Below are positions 45,318 through 55,798 of a DNA stretch of 64,000 bases, in pieces. A model generated the notes under the pieces. That model saw nothing but the letters and a program-made list of their open reading frames with translations, did not search any database and was not told where the DNA came from. The stretch comes from an uncultured delta proteobacterium. GTDB lineage: Bacteria; Desulfobacterota; Desulfobacteria; Desulfobacterales; SpSt-501. The stretch's first letter is position 1. Every line of letters starts with the position of its first letter. The DNA is taken from positions 68,734 through 132,733 of the forward strand of contig CAVOWH010000001.1 in assembly GCA_963700055.1 (NCBI GenBank), in the 5' to 3' direction. The position numbers were made by a program, and so were the translations under genes.

Positions 45318-48290
45318 TCAGGGAATGATCACGCCTTCGGATTTCTTGCCGTCGATCTTGATCGTGAGCGGCCGGGCCAATCTCACGTGCCTGAGATGGG
45401 CAGTGGCGGTTTCCGCCGGCTGGGTTTTCAACCAGTTCCAATCCACAAAATCCTTGTCGTTGCCGGACGCGGTCAGATAGCTGATATCGAGCGACGTGAT
45501 ATTGTGGAAAAAGTGGGATCCCTGGGAAGGGTCGGCTTTCAGCGCCTCGGTGGCGGTTTCGACCACGGCCTTCACTGCGGATATGTCCGTCCACTTCACC
45601 GGGATGCCGAGCCAGCGATCGGCCGATCCCCAGCGCCCGGGACCAATCAGCAAATAACGGCGGTTGCCATTGGCGATTAGTTTGTTCAGTCGGCCGACTT
45701 CGGCGGCAATCTCGATGGTGCGCGTTATGTCGAACGCCTCGGGGTCGACAAAGACGATGTCTTCGATGTCGAGAATCTGTCCGTTGCCGAGAGCCATAGA
45801 AGAGTAGCAGATGGCCCGCTCCCTGTCCGTTCCCTCGATTTCCACGTTCAGCTTCTGCCGAGCCACCGCCATCGGGCGGATTTGCAGCAGGTCGAATATC
45901 GGTCGGCTACCGGCTGCCATGTTCACGGCGAACTCGATTTCCACCGGGCAGCCCATGCCGCGGCGCCCGATCTCCAAGAGGTCCGTCAGGATCTCGGGCA
46001 ACGGGAGTTCACGATATTTCAGGATCCCGGCGAACGTCACCACCGGCAGCCCGCCGCTTTGCAATCCGTCGCGGATGCGGTGCTCCTGGGGGTAATAGGT
46101 GCTCGAAAGGGTGCGCACCGCCGGGCAGCCGGGGTAATCGTCGATGGCCAGCCGGGCCAAGGTCGGGTCGTCACCGGCGCTGAGGTCCTCCGGGAAATCC
46201 TTTAATTTCAAAGCATAAAAGAACCGCTGCGAATTCTTGAGAATGTCATCCACGGTGGAAAATTGGGGCATGAATTGCGGGTAGCGCGGCGAGAATCGCA
46301 GGGAGGTGCCGCCTTCGACCACCATCTTTCCCAGGCCTAACGCAATATGGGCGATGCCTTCATCAGGTTTCATGTGGGCGATCGGATAGAAGTTGTAGGA
46401 CTGGACCACCCCGGCCAATGATGGAAAGTAATGCTCGTCGCAGGCCTCGCCCGCTAAATGCTGTATGGCCACCGCCATCTTTTCTTCCTCGATACGGTGA
46501 GACGTGCTCTTGGCAAAGGACTTGGGACTTTCGTAGTACGTAGAAGCGTATACCAGTTTGACGGCCAGGATCAGGCGCTCCAGGCGCCGGGCCCGTTCGG
46601 GGTGATTGTTGGGCAGCATGTAGGTGCGGTAGATCCCGGCAAAAGGCTGAAACTGGGCATCCTCCAGCATGCTGGAAGAGCGCACGGCCAGGGGGCAGGT
46701 CGTATGATCGAGAAACAGCTCCAATTGCCGGGTGAGCCATTCCGGAAAACGTGCCTGGAGAAACGCCGCGGCGATCTCCGCGTCGGCCATCTCGCGGGTG
46801 CCGAGATCTTTGAGCTGATTCTCAGCAACGAAGTCGTCGAAACCCTCCGTGCTGATGGCGATCGTCTTGGGGACGCGGATGTCGACGGCGGGGTATTTGC
46901 GCTGCATCTCCGGATGCTCCTTGAGCATCATGGCGGCAAAGGCAAGCCCGCGGGCCTTGCCGCCGAGTGAACCGCGCCCGATTTTAATGAAATCCGCATC
47001 CGGGTCGAAACGGTCCCGCGCCATCTCGGTGATGATGCCGCGCTGGATTCCCTTGCGTCGTTCGTGAATGCAGCGGATGAGGTAGCGTTTTAGCTCCTGG
47101 GTGTTGGAAAAATCGCCGACCCGCATCGGCTTGAGCTTCGAGGCCAGCATGACCTCCGAACGGGCCATGAACCAGCTGGAGAAATGGTTGCGCTGGGCGT
47201 GATAGTCCACGGAGGCGTCCGGGATGGCGGGCAGGATCTTCTCCATGTTCCTAAGATTGGAAGCCCGGGCAATCTCCTGGCCGTCGGGAAGCCGGAAGAT
47301 GAAGTCGCCGAACCCCAGGTACTGCATGAAGAAATTGCGGATTTCGGTGCTGAGCCCCGGGGAGCTCTTGTTGACAAACACCGCCGGAATTCGGGCGGCT
47401 TTTTCGCGGTTGGCCTCTTCTGAGCTCAGATTGAGCAAGGGCAGGTCCGGGTTTTCGGCACGGATCATGGACAGCAGGGCAGACCCGGCGTTTTCATCCA
47501 TCGCGCCGGCGCGCGGGAAGCGCACATCCGACAGAACCCCCAACAGGTAAGGTTGATAGCGCCGATAGAGGCCCAGCGCTTCCTCGTAGGTTTCCGCCAC
47601 CAGAATCTTCGGCCGGGCGCGCATGCGGAAGATGCGGTGCTCCTCGTTGACCGATTCTTCCATGGCCGCCTGGGTTTGGGTGACGATTTCCTTGTAGAGC
47701 ACCGGCAGCAGCGAAGAATAGTGAACCGGAGAGTCCTCCACCACGATGACGACCCGCACTTTGGCCCGATCGGTGTCGTAGGCGACGTTCATCCGGTCTT
47801 CGAGGTTCTTGATGAGGGCGAGCAGCAGGTCCGTGTTGCCCTGCCAGACATAGACCCGATCGATGGACTGGCGGTCGGCGGCCTTGTGGTCGAGCAGATG
47901 CTGGCCGGTTTTGTGCACCAGCAGAAACACCGGCAGATCCGGGAAGCTTTGTTTGATGGTCCGCCCCAACACGTAGGCGTCGGTATCGTCCACCAGCGGC
48001 ATGGTGATCACGAGGTCGAATTTCTTGCGGCTCAGCACTTCAAGCGCTTCCTGAGAGGTGGACGCCCAGGTGAGCATCGGCGGACGGGAAAGGTTCAGGC
48101 CGCGGTACTCGTGAATGATCCGTTCCGCCAGCCGGCCCTCCTCCTCCATGATGAAGGCGTCGTAAGGGCTGCTGACGAGAAGAATGTCGGTGACCTTGCG
48201 GGCCATCAGTTCATGGAAGACCTTGAAGGATAGATCGAAGTCTTCACGTCCGGCCGTGCGCTCATTATGTGCTTCCATTTCGGGCCTCAA
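45318..48290 (-). CDS. Large PEP/pyruvate-binding (PPDK_N-like ATP-grasp) protein with N-terminal receiver-like domains
   Basis: 990 aa. N-terminal CheY-like folds (DILLVSSPY..., VRVVIVVEDSP...), central GSLGGKARGLAF and AVRSSSMLED as in PEP synthase/PPDK N-domains, and C-terminal LLIGPGRWGSADRWLGIPV. Confidence 0.8.
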   Translation of the reverse strand: MRPEMEAHNERTAGREDFDLSFKVFHELMARKVTDILLVSSPYDAFIMEEEGRLAERIIHEYRGLNLSRPPMLTWASTSQEALEVLSRKKFDLVITMPLVDDTDAYVLGRTIKQSFPDLPVFLLVHKTGQHLLDHKAADRQSIDRVYVWQGNTDLLLALIKNLEDRMNVAYDTDRAKVRVVIVVEDSPVHYSSLLPVLYKEIVTQTQAAMEESVNEEHRIFRMRARPKILVAETYEEALGLYRRYQPYLLGVLSDVRFPRAGAMDENAGSALLSMIRAENPDLPLLNLSSEEANREKAARIPAVFVNKSSPGLSTEIRNFFMQYLGFGDFIFRLPDGQEIARASNLRNMEKILPAIPDASVDYHAQRNHFSSWFMARSEVMLASKLKPMRVGDFSNTQELKRYLIRCIHERRKGIQRGIITEMARDRFDPDADFIKIGRGSLGGKARGLAFAAMMLKEHPEMQRKYPAVDIRVPKTIAISTEGFDDFVAENQLKDLGTREMADAEIAAAFLQARFPEWLTRQLELFLDHTTCPLAVRSSSMLEDAQFQPFAGIYRTYMLPNNHPERARRLERLILAVKLVYASTYYESPKSFAKSTSHRIEEEKMAVAIQHLAGEACDEHYFPSLAGVVQSYNFYPIAHMKPDEGIAHIALGLGKMVVEGGTSLRFSPRYPQFMPQFSTVDDILKNSQRFFYALKLKDFPEDLSAGDDPTLARLAIDDYPGCPAVRTLSSTYYPQEHRIRDGLQSGGLPVVTFAGILKYRELPLPEILTDLLEIGRRGMGCPVEIEFAVNMAAGSRPIFDLLQIRPMAVARQKLNVEIEGTDRERAICYSSMALGNGQILDIEDIVFVDPEAFDITRTIEIAAEVGRLNKLIANGNRRYLLIGPGRWGSADRWLGIPVKWTDISAVKAVVETATEALKADPSQGSHFFHNITSLDISYLTASGNDKDFVDWNWLKTQPAETATAHLRHVRLARPLTIKIDGKKSEGVIIP

Positions 48291-48453
48291 AGCCTCCTGT
48301 CGTTCGCGTGGGGGTTGTTTTCATTCCGTTGCCTGAGCCGGGGGGCGTGATCGCCGGTGCGGCACGTCCGACAGCGGTCAGGGCTTCCAGCGCGCCGGAG
48401 CCGCAAACGGTTGACAACGCCGGCCGTATCTATAGGCGCATGCCGTTGGAATT

Positions 48454-49395
48454 TCAAGGAGCACCCGGTCGCGCGCTGCGGACATCTCCGCAAAGCCTGC
48501 CCTGCCAGGTGTCGCGATGTTCCAGGGCGTGCCCGATGGCGGCAAGCGTCGCCGTCTTGTCCTGGCACCAGGACGGCGCAGCGAGCTCGTCGGGGTGGGG
48601 GTCGCCGGTCAGGCGTTGGATGACCACGCGCGCGGGCAGGCGTTCGAGAACGTCGGCGACCAGATCCGCATATTCCTCCCGTTCCAGACAGCGATATTCG
48701 CCTGCCTGGAACTGGACCTCCAGGGGGGTGCCCCGCACGACATAGAGGCTGTGGATCTTGACGCCGTCGATGTCCGAGGCCGCCAGGGTCCTGGCGGTGA
48801 AGCGCATGTCGGCGCGGGTCTCGTTGGGCAAGCCCAAAACTATGTGGGCGCAGACCGGAAGGCCGCGCGAGCGGGTGGCCGCCGCGGCTTTCAGGAAACA
48901 CGCCACGTCATGCCCGCGCCGAATTCGAGCAAGCGTCGCGTCGCGGGCGGACTGCAACCCGTACTCCACCCAGATCCAGTGCCGGCGGGAATACTCCTGC
49001 AGGAGCGTTAGCACCGCTTCAGACACGCAATCCGGCCGGGTCCCGATGGACAGGCCCACCACGCCCTCGACTGCCAGGGCTTCATCGTAGAGGGCTTTGA
49101 GTTTCGCCACGGGTGCGTACGTGTTGGAGAAGGCCTGAAAATAGGCAATGAATTTGCGCGCCCGATAGCGTCGGGCCATCGCCGTTTTGCCGGCCTCCAG
49201 CTGGGCGCTGATCGACAGTCCTCGGGCATAGGCGCCGGTGCCCGAACCACGAGAGTTGCAGTAGATGCAGCCGTCGGCAGCAACGGTGCCGTCCCGGTTG
49301 GGACAGGTGAGACCGGCGTCCACCGTGATCTTCTGGACTCGGCAACCGAAAATGCCGCGCAGGTAAGAGTTAAGGTCGGTGTAGCGCATTGGCAT
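48454..49395 (-). CDS. TIGR01212-family (YhcC-like) radical SAM protein
   Basis: DAGLTCPNRDGTVAADGCIYCN opening followed by FQAFSNTY and GLSIGTRPDC, characteristic of this family. Confidence 0.88.
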   Translation of the reverse strand: MPMRYTDLNSYLRGIFGCRVQKITVDAGLTCPNRDGTVAADGCIYCNSRGSGTGAYARGLSISAQLEAGKTAMARRYRARKFIAYFQAFSNTYAPVAKLKALYDEALAVEGVVGLSIGTRPDCVSEAVLTLLQEYSRRHWIWVEYGLQSARDATLARIRRGHDVACFLKAAAATRSRGLPVCAHIVLGLPNETRADMRFTARTLAASDIDGVKIHSLYVVRGTPLEVQFQAGEYRCLEREEYADLVADVLERLPARVVIQRLTGDPHPDELAAPSWCQDKTATLAAIGHALEHRDTWQGRLCGDVRSARPGAP

Positions 49396-49401
49396 GGTGG
49401 C

Positions 49402-49430
49402 TTGACCCGCTAAACCGGCACCGATATAAT
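49402..49430 (+). promoter_or_regulatory. Sigma70-like promoter upstream of mnmG
   Basis: TTGACC (49402-49407), 17-nt spacer, TATAAT (49425-49430). It lies about 160 nt upstream of the mnmG ATG. Confidence 0.45.
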
Positions 49431-49591
49431 CAGGCCGCGCGCATGCAGACCGGCGGTCTGGGGTTTTGGCGTCATGGGTATCGGCGGTTTAACTTAGTGG
49501 AACCGGCCAGACGAAAAAGATCCCCACCCGCTTGTGTCTGTATCTATCACACTTCACTCAAACCTCGCAAACGGCGGAATAGATAGGGCTC

Positions 49592-51463
49592 ATGACATCC
49601 TGCTCTGACAGCTACGATATCATCGTGGTCGGCGCCGGCCACGCGGGTTGCGAAGCCGCCCTCGCGGCGGCCCGCATGGGCTGCCGCGTCCTGCTGACGG
49701 CGATCGATCTCGACAAGCTTGCCGCCATGCCCTGCAGCCCTTCGATCGGCGGCATGGCCAAGGGACATCTGGTGAAGGAGATCGACGCGCTGGGCGGCGA
49801 AATGGCGAAGATCGCGGATCAGACCGCCATTCAGTACCGCACGCTCAACACTAAAAAAGGGCCGGCGGTGCATGCCTCGCGTAGCCAGAACGACAAAAAA
49901 CGCTACCACATGGCCATGAAGCGGGTGGTCGAGACCCAGCCCGGGCTGGACCTCAAGCAGGCCCTGGTGGAGCGGTTAATCGTGGAGCGGGGGCGGGTCG
50001 TGGGGGTGGAAGATCACACCGGGTTTGCCTATGCCGCCCGGGCGGTCGTGCTGGCTACCGGCACTTTTCTGAGCGGACTGGTGCACGTCGGATTCCGGTC
50101 GATCCAGGCGGGCCGGGCCGGGGAGTTCGCCTCCTACGGTCTGCCGGCGCATTTGCGTGAGCTGGGGTTTGCGCTCGGCCGTCTGAAGACCGGCACCCCT
50201 CCGCGGCTCAAACGCGCCAGCATCGATTTTGCGCGGTTCACGGCGCAGGGCGGCGACGAGCGCCCCGTGCCGTTTTCGCAGTTCTCGCACGGCCCCGTTT
50301 TGCCGCAGCTGCCGAGTTTCATCGGCTACACCGGTGAGCGGACCCATGCCATCGTGCGGCGCAACCTCGCGCGCTCGGCGCTTTACGGCGGCGTCATCAC
50401 CGGCATCTCGGCGCGCTACTGTCCCTCCTTCGAGGACAAGATCGTCAAATTCCCGGAAAAGGATCGGCACCAGGTCATTCTCGAGCCGGAGGGCGTTGAT
50501 ACGGAGGAGATCTACGCCAGCGGCTTGGGCAACAGCCTGCCGCTCGAGGTGCAGATCGAAGTGGTTCGATCCGTGCCCGGATTGGAGTGTGCCGAGATCA
50601 TGCGGCCGGCCTACGCGATCGAATACGACTACGTCAACCCGGTTCAGCTCCGGAACACCCTGGAGACCCAGCGTGTGCAGCATCTGTATCTCGCGGGTCA
50701 GATCAACGGCACTTCGGGCTACGAGGAGGCCGCCGCCCAGGGGTTGTGGGCGGGCATCAACGCCGCCTGCCGCGTGCAGGGGCGGCCGGTTTTCATCTTG
50801 GACCGGTCCCAGGCCTACATGGGTGTCATGATCGACGACTTGGTGACGCGCGGCACCCGCGAGCCTTACCGCATGTTTACCTCGCGCGCGGAATACCGTC
50901 TGATCCTGCGCGAGGACAACGCGGACCTGCGCTTAATGGAGTTTGGGCACGGGCTGGGGCTGATCCCTGCGGAGGCCGCCCGGGCGCTGCGTCGCCGGCG
51001 GCAGCAGATCGCATCGGAGATCAGACGTGTCAAAGAAACGGTGGTGCGTCCCACGCCACAGGTGAACACCTACCTGGAGGAGCAAGGATCCAAACCCATT
51101 CAGCAGGGGGTTCACCTGGATCAGCTGGTGAAGCGGGCCGAGCTAGGTTATCCGGCGGTGGAAACTCTGGCGCCGGCGTCCGAGCCGGTTGCCACTGCTG
51201 CGGCCCGACAGGTGGAGATCGAGATCAAATACGAGGGCTACATCCAAAAACAGATCAAAGAGATTGAGAAATTCAGGCATTTGGAAAAAATCCGGGTCCC
51301 CGACGATTTCGATTTTCAGTCGGTTCACGGGCTTTCGAACGAGTTGAAAAGCAAGCTGACCGAAGTACGGCCGACCTGCCTCGGACAGTCCGCCCGTATC
51401 GACGGCATCACCCCGGCAGCACTCTCGGTGCTGATGGTGGCTTTAAAAGCGAGGGGAAGATGA
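49592..51463 (+). CDS. mnmG: tRNA uridine 5-carboxymethylaminomethyl modification enzyme MnmG (GidA)
   Basis: 623 aa with [23 protein letters not shown] and the full-length GidA pattern, including [16 protein letters not shown]. Confidence 0.95.
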   Translation: MTSCSDSYDIIVVGAGHAGCEAALAAARMGCRVLLTAIDLDKLAAMPCSPSIGGMAKGHLVKEIDALGGEMAKIADQTAIQYRTLNTKKGPAVHASRSQNDKKRYHMAMKRVVETQPGLDLKQALVERLIVERGRVVGVEDHTGFAYAARAVVLATGTFLSGLVHVGFRSIQAGRAGEFASYGLPAHLRELGFALGRLKTGTPPRLKRASIDFARFTAQGGDERPVPFSQFSHGPVLPQLPSFIGYTGERTHAIVRRNLARSALYGGVITGISARYCPSFEDKIVKFPEKDRHQVILEPEGVDTEEIYASGLGNSLPLEVQIEVVRSVPGLECAEIMRPAYAIEYDYVNPVQLRNTLETQRVQHLYLAGQINGTSGYEEAAAQGLWAGINAACRVQGRPVFILDRSQAYMGVMIDDLVTRGTREPYRMFTSRAEYRLILREDNADLRLMEFGHGLGLIPAEAARALRRRRQQIASEIRRVKETVVRPTPQVNTYLEEQGSKPIQQGVHLDQLVKRAELGYPAVETLAPASEPVATAAARQVEIEIKYEGYIQKQIKEIEKFRHLEKIRVPDDFDFQSVHGLSNELKSKLTEVRPTCLGQSARIDGITPAALSVLMVALKARGR

Positions 51464-51562
51464 CACGCATGCGCGGCGTGGGCCTGTTATCGTCAGCCCA
51501 ACGCCTGACCGGCAGATCGCACCACGTTCATGACGGCGGGCGGCGCTCGAAAGCTGAGGCCG

Positions 51563-51589
51563 CTTGACAGCGACCGGTTTTCCCCTTAC
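51563..51589 (+). promoter_or_regulatory. Possible sigma32-type heat-shock promoter before the DnaJ-family gene
   Basis: CTTGACA (51563-51569), 12 nt, CCCCTTAC (51582-51589). This resembles CTTGAA-N(13-17)-CCCCATnT. Pattern match only. Confidence 0.3.
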
Positions 51590-51632
51590 CTTCAAAAATA
51601 AAATTTCGCTGCAATAACGGAGAATTAAGCAA

Positions 51633-52550
51633 ATGTCGGAGGACTACTATAAAATTCTTGGCGTGAACCGCGCCGCCACCGATGCGGAAATCAAAAAAGC
51701 CTACCGCAAGCTTGCCATGAAGTATCATCCGGATCACGCCAAAGGGGACAAGGCGGCTGAAGAGAGGTTCAAGAAGATTAGCGAGGCTTATGCGGTTCTT
51801 AGCGACAAGCAGAAGCGTCAGGAGTACGACACCTTCGGATCGGAGGGATTCCATCAGCGTTTTTCGAAGGAAGATATTTTCAGGGGGTTCGATATCAATG
51901 ACATTCTTAGAGAGTTCGGCTTCGGGGGCGGTGATTTTTTCGGGGGGCAGAGCGGCGGGACGCGGTTCACCTTCGGCCAGCAGGCTCCGTTCGGCGGCCG
52001 CAGCCGACCGCAGAGCCAGCGGATGCCGGGAGCATCTGACATCGTGTACGAGCTTTCTCTGACCCTATCCGAGGCTGCTTTCGGTACCACCAAACAGATC
52101 ACCATCCAGAATCAGAGCACACCGGAGCGCATAACCGTCAAAATACCCAAAGGCATGACGACCGGCAAGAAACTGCGGCTGGCGGGCCGGGGCAATCCCG
52201 GATCATACGGCGGCCCGCGCGGAGACCTTTACATTCAGGCCAAGCTCTTGGAGGACCCGGTTTTCAGCGTTGAGGACCAGGATTTAGTCACCTACCGCGA
52301 GATCAAGCTCACGGATGCCCTGCTGGGCACCACGATTTCGGTGCCGACACTGGAAGAAAAGCAGTATCATCTGAAAATACCGCCCGGTATCAAGAACGGC
52401 ACGCGGATGCGCTTGGCCGGGCACGGCCTGCCTTCGATGAAGGGCTCCAGACGGGGCGATCTCTTCGTTTGCCTGCAAATCCAAATACCCAGACACCTGA
52501 CGACTGAACAAAAGGCATTGGTTGAAAAGCTTGCAGAAACAGGGTTGTAG
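51633..52550 (+). CDS. DnaJ-family co-chaperone without zinc-finger (CbpA-like)
   Basis: J domain ([31 protein letters not shown]), G/F-rich linker, then two DnaJ C-terminal beta domains. No CxxCxGxG repeats. Confidence 0.88.
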   Translation: MSEDYYKILGVNRAATDAEIKKAYRKLAMKYHPDHAKGDKAAEERFKKISEAYAVLSDKQKRQEYDTFGSEGFHQRFSKEDIFRGFDINDILREFGFGGGDFFGGQSGGTRFTFGQQAPFGGRSRPQSQRMPGASDIVYELSLTLSEAAFGTTKQITIQNQSTPERITVKIPKGMTTGKKLRLAGRGNPGSYGGPRGDLYIQAKLLEDPVFSVEDQDLVTYREIKLTDALLGTTISVPTLEEKQYHLKIPPGIKNGTRMRLAGHGLPSMKGSRRGDLFVCLQIQIPRHLTTEQKALVEKLAETGL

Positions 52551-52766
52551 AGAGCCTCACGGGCGCACTCCCCAGTTGTTCAGGGTATTGGTTCTGGCTT
52601 GTTTTAGATAAGCTATTATGTTCATTTATAAAAACCCCTTAATCTAGCCTCTCGCACCATGCTTGCCAAATTTGACTTTGTATGCATTTAGCGATAAAGT
52701 TTTTTATATAATTGGCGATATTATGAATTGTGGCAGTCATGCACATGATCTTTTTTGCTTAGAATT

Positions 52767-53285
52767 ATGCCTGAGCTGATCCCGGTGCTGTCTGCGGCTG
52801 AGCTCCGCCTGCTGGTGATGGGTTTGGCCCGCCGAATTTCGGCGGATTACCGCGGCCGGGATCTTGTTTTGATTGGGGTGTTGAAAGGTTCGTTCATCTT
52901 TCTTTCTGACCTCATCCGGCAGCTCAGCATTCCCGTGAAGATCGATTTTGTGCAAGCCTCCAGCTACGGCAATGGCACAGAATCGTCCGGCAATATTCGA
53001 CTGTTAAAAGCCGTCGGTCTGAATATCCGAGGTCAGGAGGTCCTCGTGGTGGAGGACATCGTTGACACCGGCCTGACGATCCGATGGATTGTTGACTACC
53101 TGCAATCCTTTCAACCGCGGAGCGTCGGAGTTTGTGCGCTGATTGACAAGCAGGCGCGCCGGGAGGTGGATGTGCCGATCGCCTACACCGGGCATGTGGC
53201 GGGCAGCGGCTTCTTGGTAGGGTACGGTTTGGATTATGCCGAGCAGTACCGCCATTTACCGGAGATATGCCACCTCAGCCTATGA
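52767..53285 (+). CDS. hpt: Hypoxanthine phosphoribosyltransferase
   Basis: PRPP-binding motif VLVVEDIVDTGLT and GYGLDYAEQYR(H)LP. Start at ATG 52767. Confidence 0.9.
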   Translation: MPELIPVLSAAELRLLVMGLARRISADYRGRDLVLIGVLKGSFIFLSDLIRQLSIPVKIDFVQASSYGNGTESSGNIRLLKAVGLNIRGQEVLVVEDIVDTGLTIRWIVDYLQSFQPRSVGVCALIDKQARREVDVPIAYTGHVAGSGFLVGYGLDYAEQYRHLPEICHLSL

Positions 53286-53385
53286 GGGGATGCCGACGGC
53301 GAAAAGCCAGCCGATCTTCCGGCCGGCACCATAGGAGCTGGCTGCTAGCTGCCAGCCTAAAAACCTTAACCAATGGGGTTGAGCC

Positions 53386-55566
53386 ATGATCGTGATATGC
53401 GAGGGATGTGAAACAAGTTTCCAGGTCGAGGAGCGCCTGATCAAATCGACGGGATCGAAGGTGCGCTGTTCGAAGTGCCGCCACGTTTTTGTCGCTTATG
53501 CACCGGCGGCATTGGCCGTAGCTGAAGAACCTTTGATTTTGAGCGACGAATTGCCGGCGAGCGCAGCGACTGGCGCTCGGGTCGAGCTGCCGGAAATCGG
53601 GTCCCAGATCGACGCTCTGTTCGCCAATGACTTCGATGTGGCAGCGGACACTTCCGCCGATCCGGAGCCGGAGCTGCTCGACGTGGAGGATCTTCTGGAG
53701 GAGGACTCGCCGCCGGCGTCGGCCTTGACAGCGGAAGCTCCGGACGAGGATTTGAAGCTGGACCTGGACCTTGACTTGAACTTCGATGAGGACGTGACGG
53801 CACAGAGCCCCTCCGCCGGTCCCCCGCCTCCGGCTTCCTCCAGCGACGCTCGGCCGATCGATTTCAATTTGGATATTGGATCCCAGCCGGAAGAAGCGCC
53901 GGGGGGCATGCTGGCCAGTCTGGACGAGCTGGGGATCAGGTTGGATAGCTTGGAGGGGTTGGACGATGAGGTTATGCCGGCAGCGTCCAGCACCGGTCCA
54001 CCCGCAGGCGGCGAGACGCCGGAACTCGACCTGGAACTGGACCTTGACGCGTTGGTGGCTGAAACGGCGGAAGAGCTGACGCCAGAGCCTTCTGCGGCCG
54101 GGGCGGATGAGCCGCTGACGGATGAGGCGGTCGGCGCCCTCGCTGAAGCGGCTCCGACGGATCGCCCTGAGGCAGCAGCGCCTCCGAGGGATAGCGAACT
54201 GGACTTGTCGGACCTGGAAGCCATGCTCGAGGGGGATTTGCAGGCAACCGAGCCGCCAGGCGCTGCCGCCGCCGAGCTCGATCTGGAATTGGACACGGGT
54301 GTGGCTGCCGCCGACGAGAGCGAAAAGGCCCGAGACCTGGAGGAATTGGACTTGACCTCGATTACCGGCGAGACAGTCGTCAGCGCTGATCGCGTTGGCA
54401 TGGCCGACGAACCGCCGGCGGAATTTGATCTGGCACTTGATTTTGAGGACGGTCCGAGCGCGGCACCACCTGCGGTCGCATCGGTCGAACCCCAGGACGA
54501 TGAGCTGGATTTCTCGGACATCACCAACATTCTGGAGGAACCACCGACCGAGCCGGACAAGGATGCCGCTGACGCGGCGCCCGAACTCGACTTGTTTTTG
54601 GGCGAGGACCAGCCGCCGGCGGCCCCATCGACCCCCGCACCACCGGCTGAAGTGCAGGACGGCGTTTTGCTCGATATTGAAAGCTTGCTGCAAGAAGAAG
54701 ATACGAGTGAGGCGCCCGTGGAGCAGAAACCCGCCCGGGCGAACGAAGAACTGGACTTTGATATTGCGGTCGGATCCGCACCGGCCATGGCCGACGATCT
54801 GGAAATTGAAATCGAGTCGGCTGCCGATGGAAGCGAAAGCCATGCACCCGCTGAGCCGTTCGCGGTTACGGATGGATGGGACCGAGAGCCTGCGGCCGCG
54901 TCGGACCGGTCATCCGCCGAAGCGCTCGCCGGCACCGGTGCCGGCGGTGTTACCGATGCGCTCGAGATGGAGTCTGCGGCCGCGGCTGCCCTGGCGGCTG
55001 AGGCGCCGCGGCACTCGGGCGCGCGCAAGTATCTGCTAACAGCGGCCGGCGTGGTGGTGCTCGCCATTGCCGCCATTCTGGTTCCGCGCAGCTTTGACGT
55101 TAAGATCCCGTTCCTAAGCGATCTGGAGATTCCCTTCCTCGGGAAAAGCTTCCAGTCCCAACCCGAGGACGTCGCTGGCAACCTCAAGATGGCGCCGAGC
55201 GCTGAAAACCTCGCCGCTGAATTTATCGACCATCCCGGTGCCGGGCGCCTGTGTGTGGTCAGAGGACAGATCCGCAACAACTACGATCACCCGCGCAGCG
55301 CTATCCGGGTGACCGCCAAGCTTTACACCAAAGACAAGACGCTGGCTAAGACCGCCACGGTCTTTGCGGGCAACCTCCTTTCAAACCAGGAACTCGCCAC
55401 CCAGGATATCGCCGCCATCCATGCCAGCCTGAAGAACAAGGAGGGTGCCAACAATATGAACGTGGGTGTCAAGCCCGGCCGGACTATCCCCTTCATGGCA
55501 GTGTTCGACAAGCTTCCCGACAACCTGGACGAGTACTCCGTGGAGGTGGCCGGCTCGACGAAATAG
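53386..55566 (+). CDS. MJ0042-type zinc-ribbon protein with long acidic repeat region, one TM and C-terminal DUF3426-like domain
   Basis: MIVICEGCETSFQVEERLIKSTGSKVRCSKCRHVF, about 500 aa of D/E/L/P/A-rich repeats (ELDLELDLD...), TM (YLLTAAGVVVLAIAAILV), and a C-terminal beta-rich domain (VRGQIRNNYDHPRSAIRVTAKLY). Confidence 0.8.
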   Translation: MIVICEGCETSFQVEERLIKSTGSKVRCSKCRHVFVAYAPAALAVAEEPLILSDELPASAATGARVELPEIGSQIDALFANDFDVAADTSADPEPELLDVEDLLEEDSPPASALTAEAPDEDLKLDLDLDLNFDEDVTAQSPSAGPPPPASSSDARPIDFNLDIGSQPEEAPGGMLASLDELGIRLDSLEGLDDEVMPAASSTGPPAGGETPELDLELDLDALVAETAEELTPEPSAAGADEPLTDEAVGALAEAAPTDRPEAAAPPRDSELDLSDLEAMLEGDLQATEPPGAAAAELDLELDTGVAAADESEKARDLEELDLTSITGETVVSADRVGMADEPPAEFDLALDFEDGPSAAPPAVASVEPQDDELDFSDITNILEEPPTEPDKDAADAAPELDLFLGEDQPPAAPSTPAPPAEVQDGVLLDIESLLQEEDTSEAPVEQKPARANEELDFDIAVGSAPAMADDLEIEIESAADGSESHAPAEPFAVTDGWDREPAAASDRSSAEALAGTGAGGVTDALEMESAAAAALAAEAPRHSGARKYLLTAAGVVVLAIAAILVPRSFDVKIPFLSDLEIPFLGKSFQSQPEDVAGNLKMAPSAENLAAEFIDHPGAGRLCVVRGQIRNNYDHPRSAIRVTAKLYTKDKTLAKTATVFAGNLLSNQELATQDIAAIHASLKNKEGANNMNVGVKPGRTIPFMAVFDKLPDNLDEYSVEVAGSTK

Positions 55567-55594
55567 GTGCAGCGAACCGATGTTCAGTAGGTTA

Positions 55595-55630
55595 CCGGGC
55601 AGCCGCTTCCCAGCTGCCCGGCTTTTTTTC
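55595..55630 (+). terminator. Rho-independent terminator after the DUF3426-like gene
   Basis: Perfect 9-bp stem CCGGGCAGC / GCTGCCCGG (55595-55603 / 55613-55621), 9-nt loop, then CTTTTTTT. Confidence 0.75.
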
Positions 55631-55673
55631 CGTCTTGACAATTTCGCTGCTTTGACCGAATATAATTCCTCTT

Positions 55674-55750
55674 GGCGATGTAGCTCAGTTGGTCAGAGCA
55701 TGCGGCTCATATCCGCAGTGTCCGGGGTTCAAATCCCTGCATCGCCACCA
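55674..55750 (+). tRNA. tRNA-Met (anticodon CAU; elongator-like, tRNA-Ile2/lysidine type not excluded)
   Basis: Cloverleaf by hand: acceptor GGCGATG/CATCGCC, D-arm GCTC..GAGC, anticodon stem TGCGG/CCGCA with loop CTCATAT, T-arm CGGGG TTCAAAT CCCTG, encoded CCA. No initiator GGG/CCC anticodon stem. Confidence 0.9.
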
Positions 55751-55762
55751 AGATTTAATATC

Positions 55763-55798
55763 AGCTGCAATCTCAACTGGTTGCAGCTTTTCTATTTT
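55763..55798 (+). terminator. Rho-independent terminator after tRNA-Met
   Basis: 8-bp stem AGCTGCAA / TTGCAGCT (55763-55770 / 55781-55788), 10-nt loop, T-rich tail TTTCTATTTT. Confidence 0.6.

Noticed and set aside
49396-49591. Replication origin next to mnmG (gidA); also considered the AT-rich gap at 52551-52766
   Set aside because: There is no cluster of DnaA-box-like 9-mers (TTATCCACA) and no dnaA or dnaN nearby. The AT-rich stretches are short.
53275-55280. Two long minus-strand ORFs (522 and 594 aa) over the zinc-ribbon/DUF3426-like gene
   Set aside because: Their low-complexity Ser/Ala/Arg-rich products mirror the acidic repeat region. The plus-strand gene has a recognisable zinc ribbon, TM and C-terminal domain.
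55635-55666. Perfect TTGACA and TATAAT hexamers upstream of tRNA-Met
   Set aside because: The spacer is 20 nt by my count, outside the optimal 16-18, so I do not call it as a promoter feature, although it may still function.
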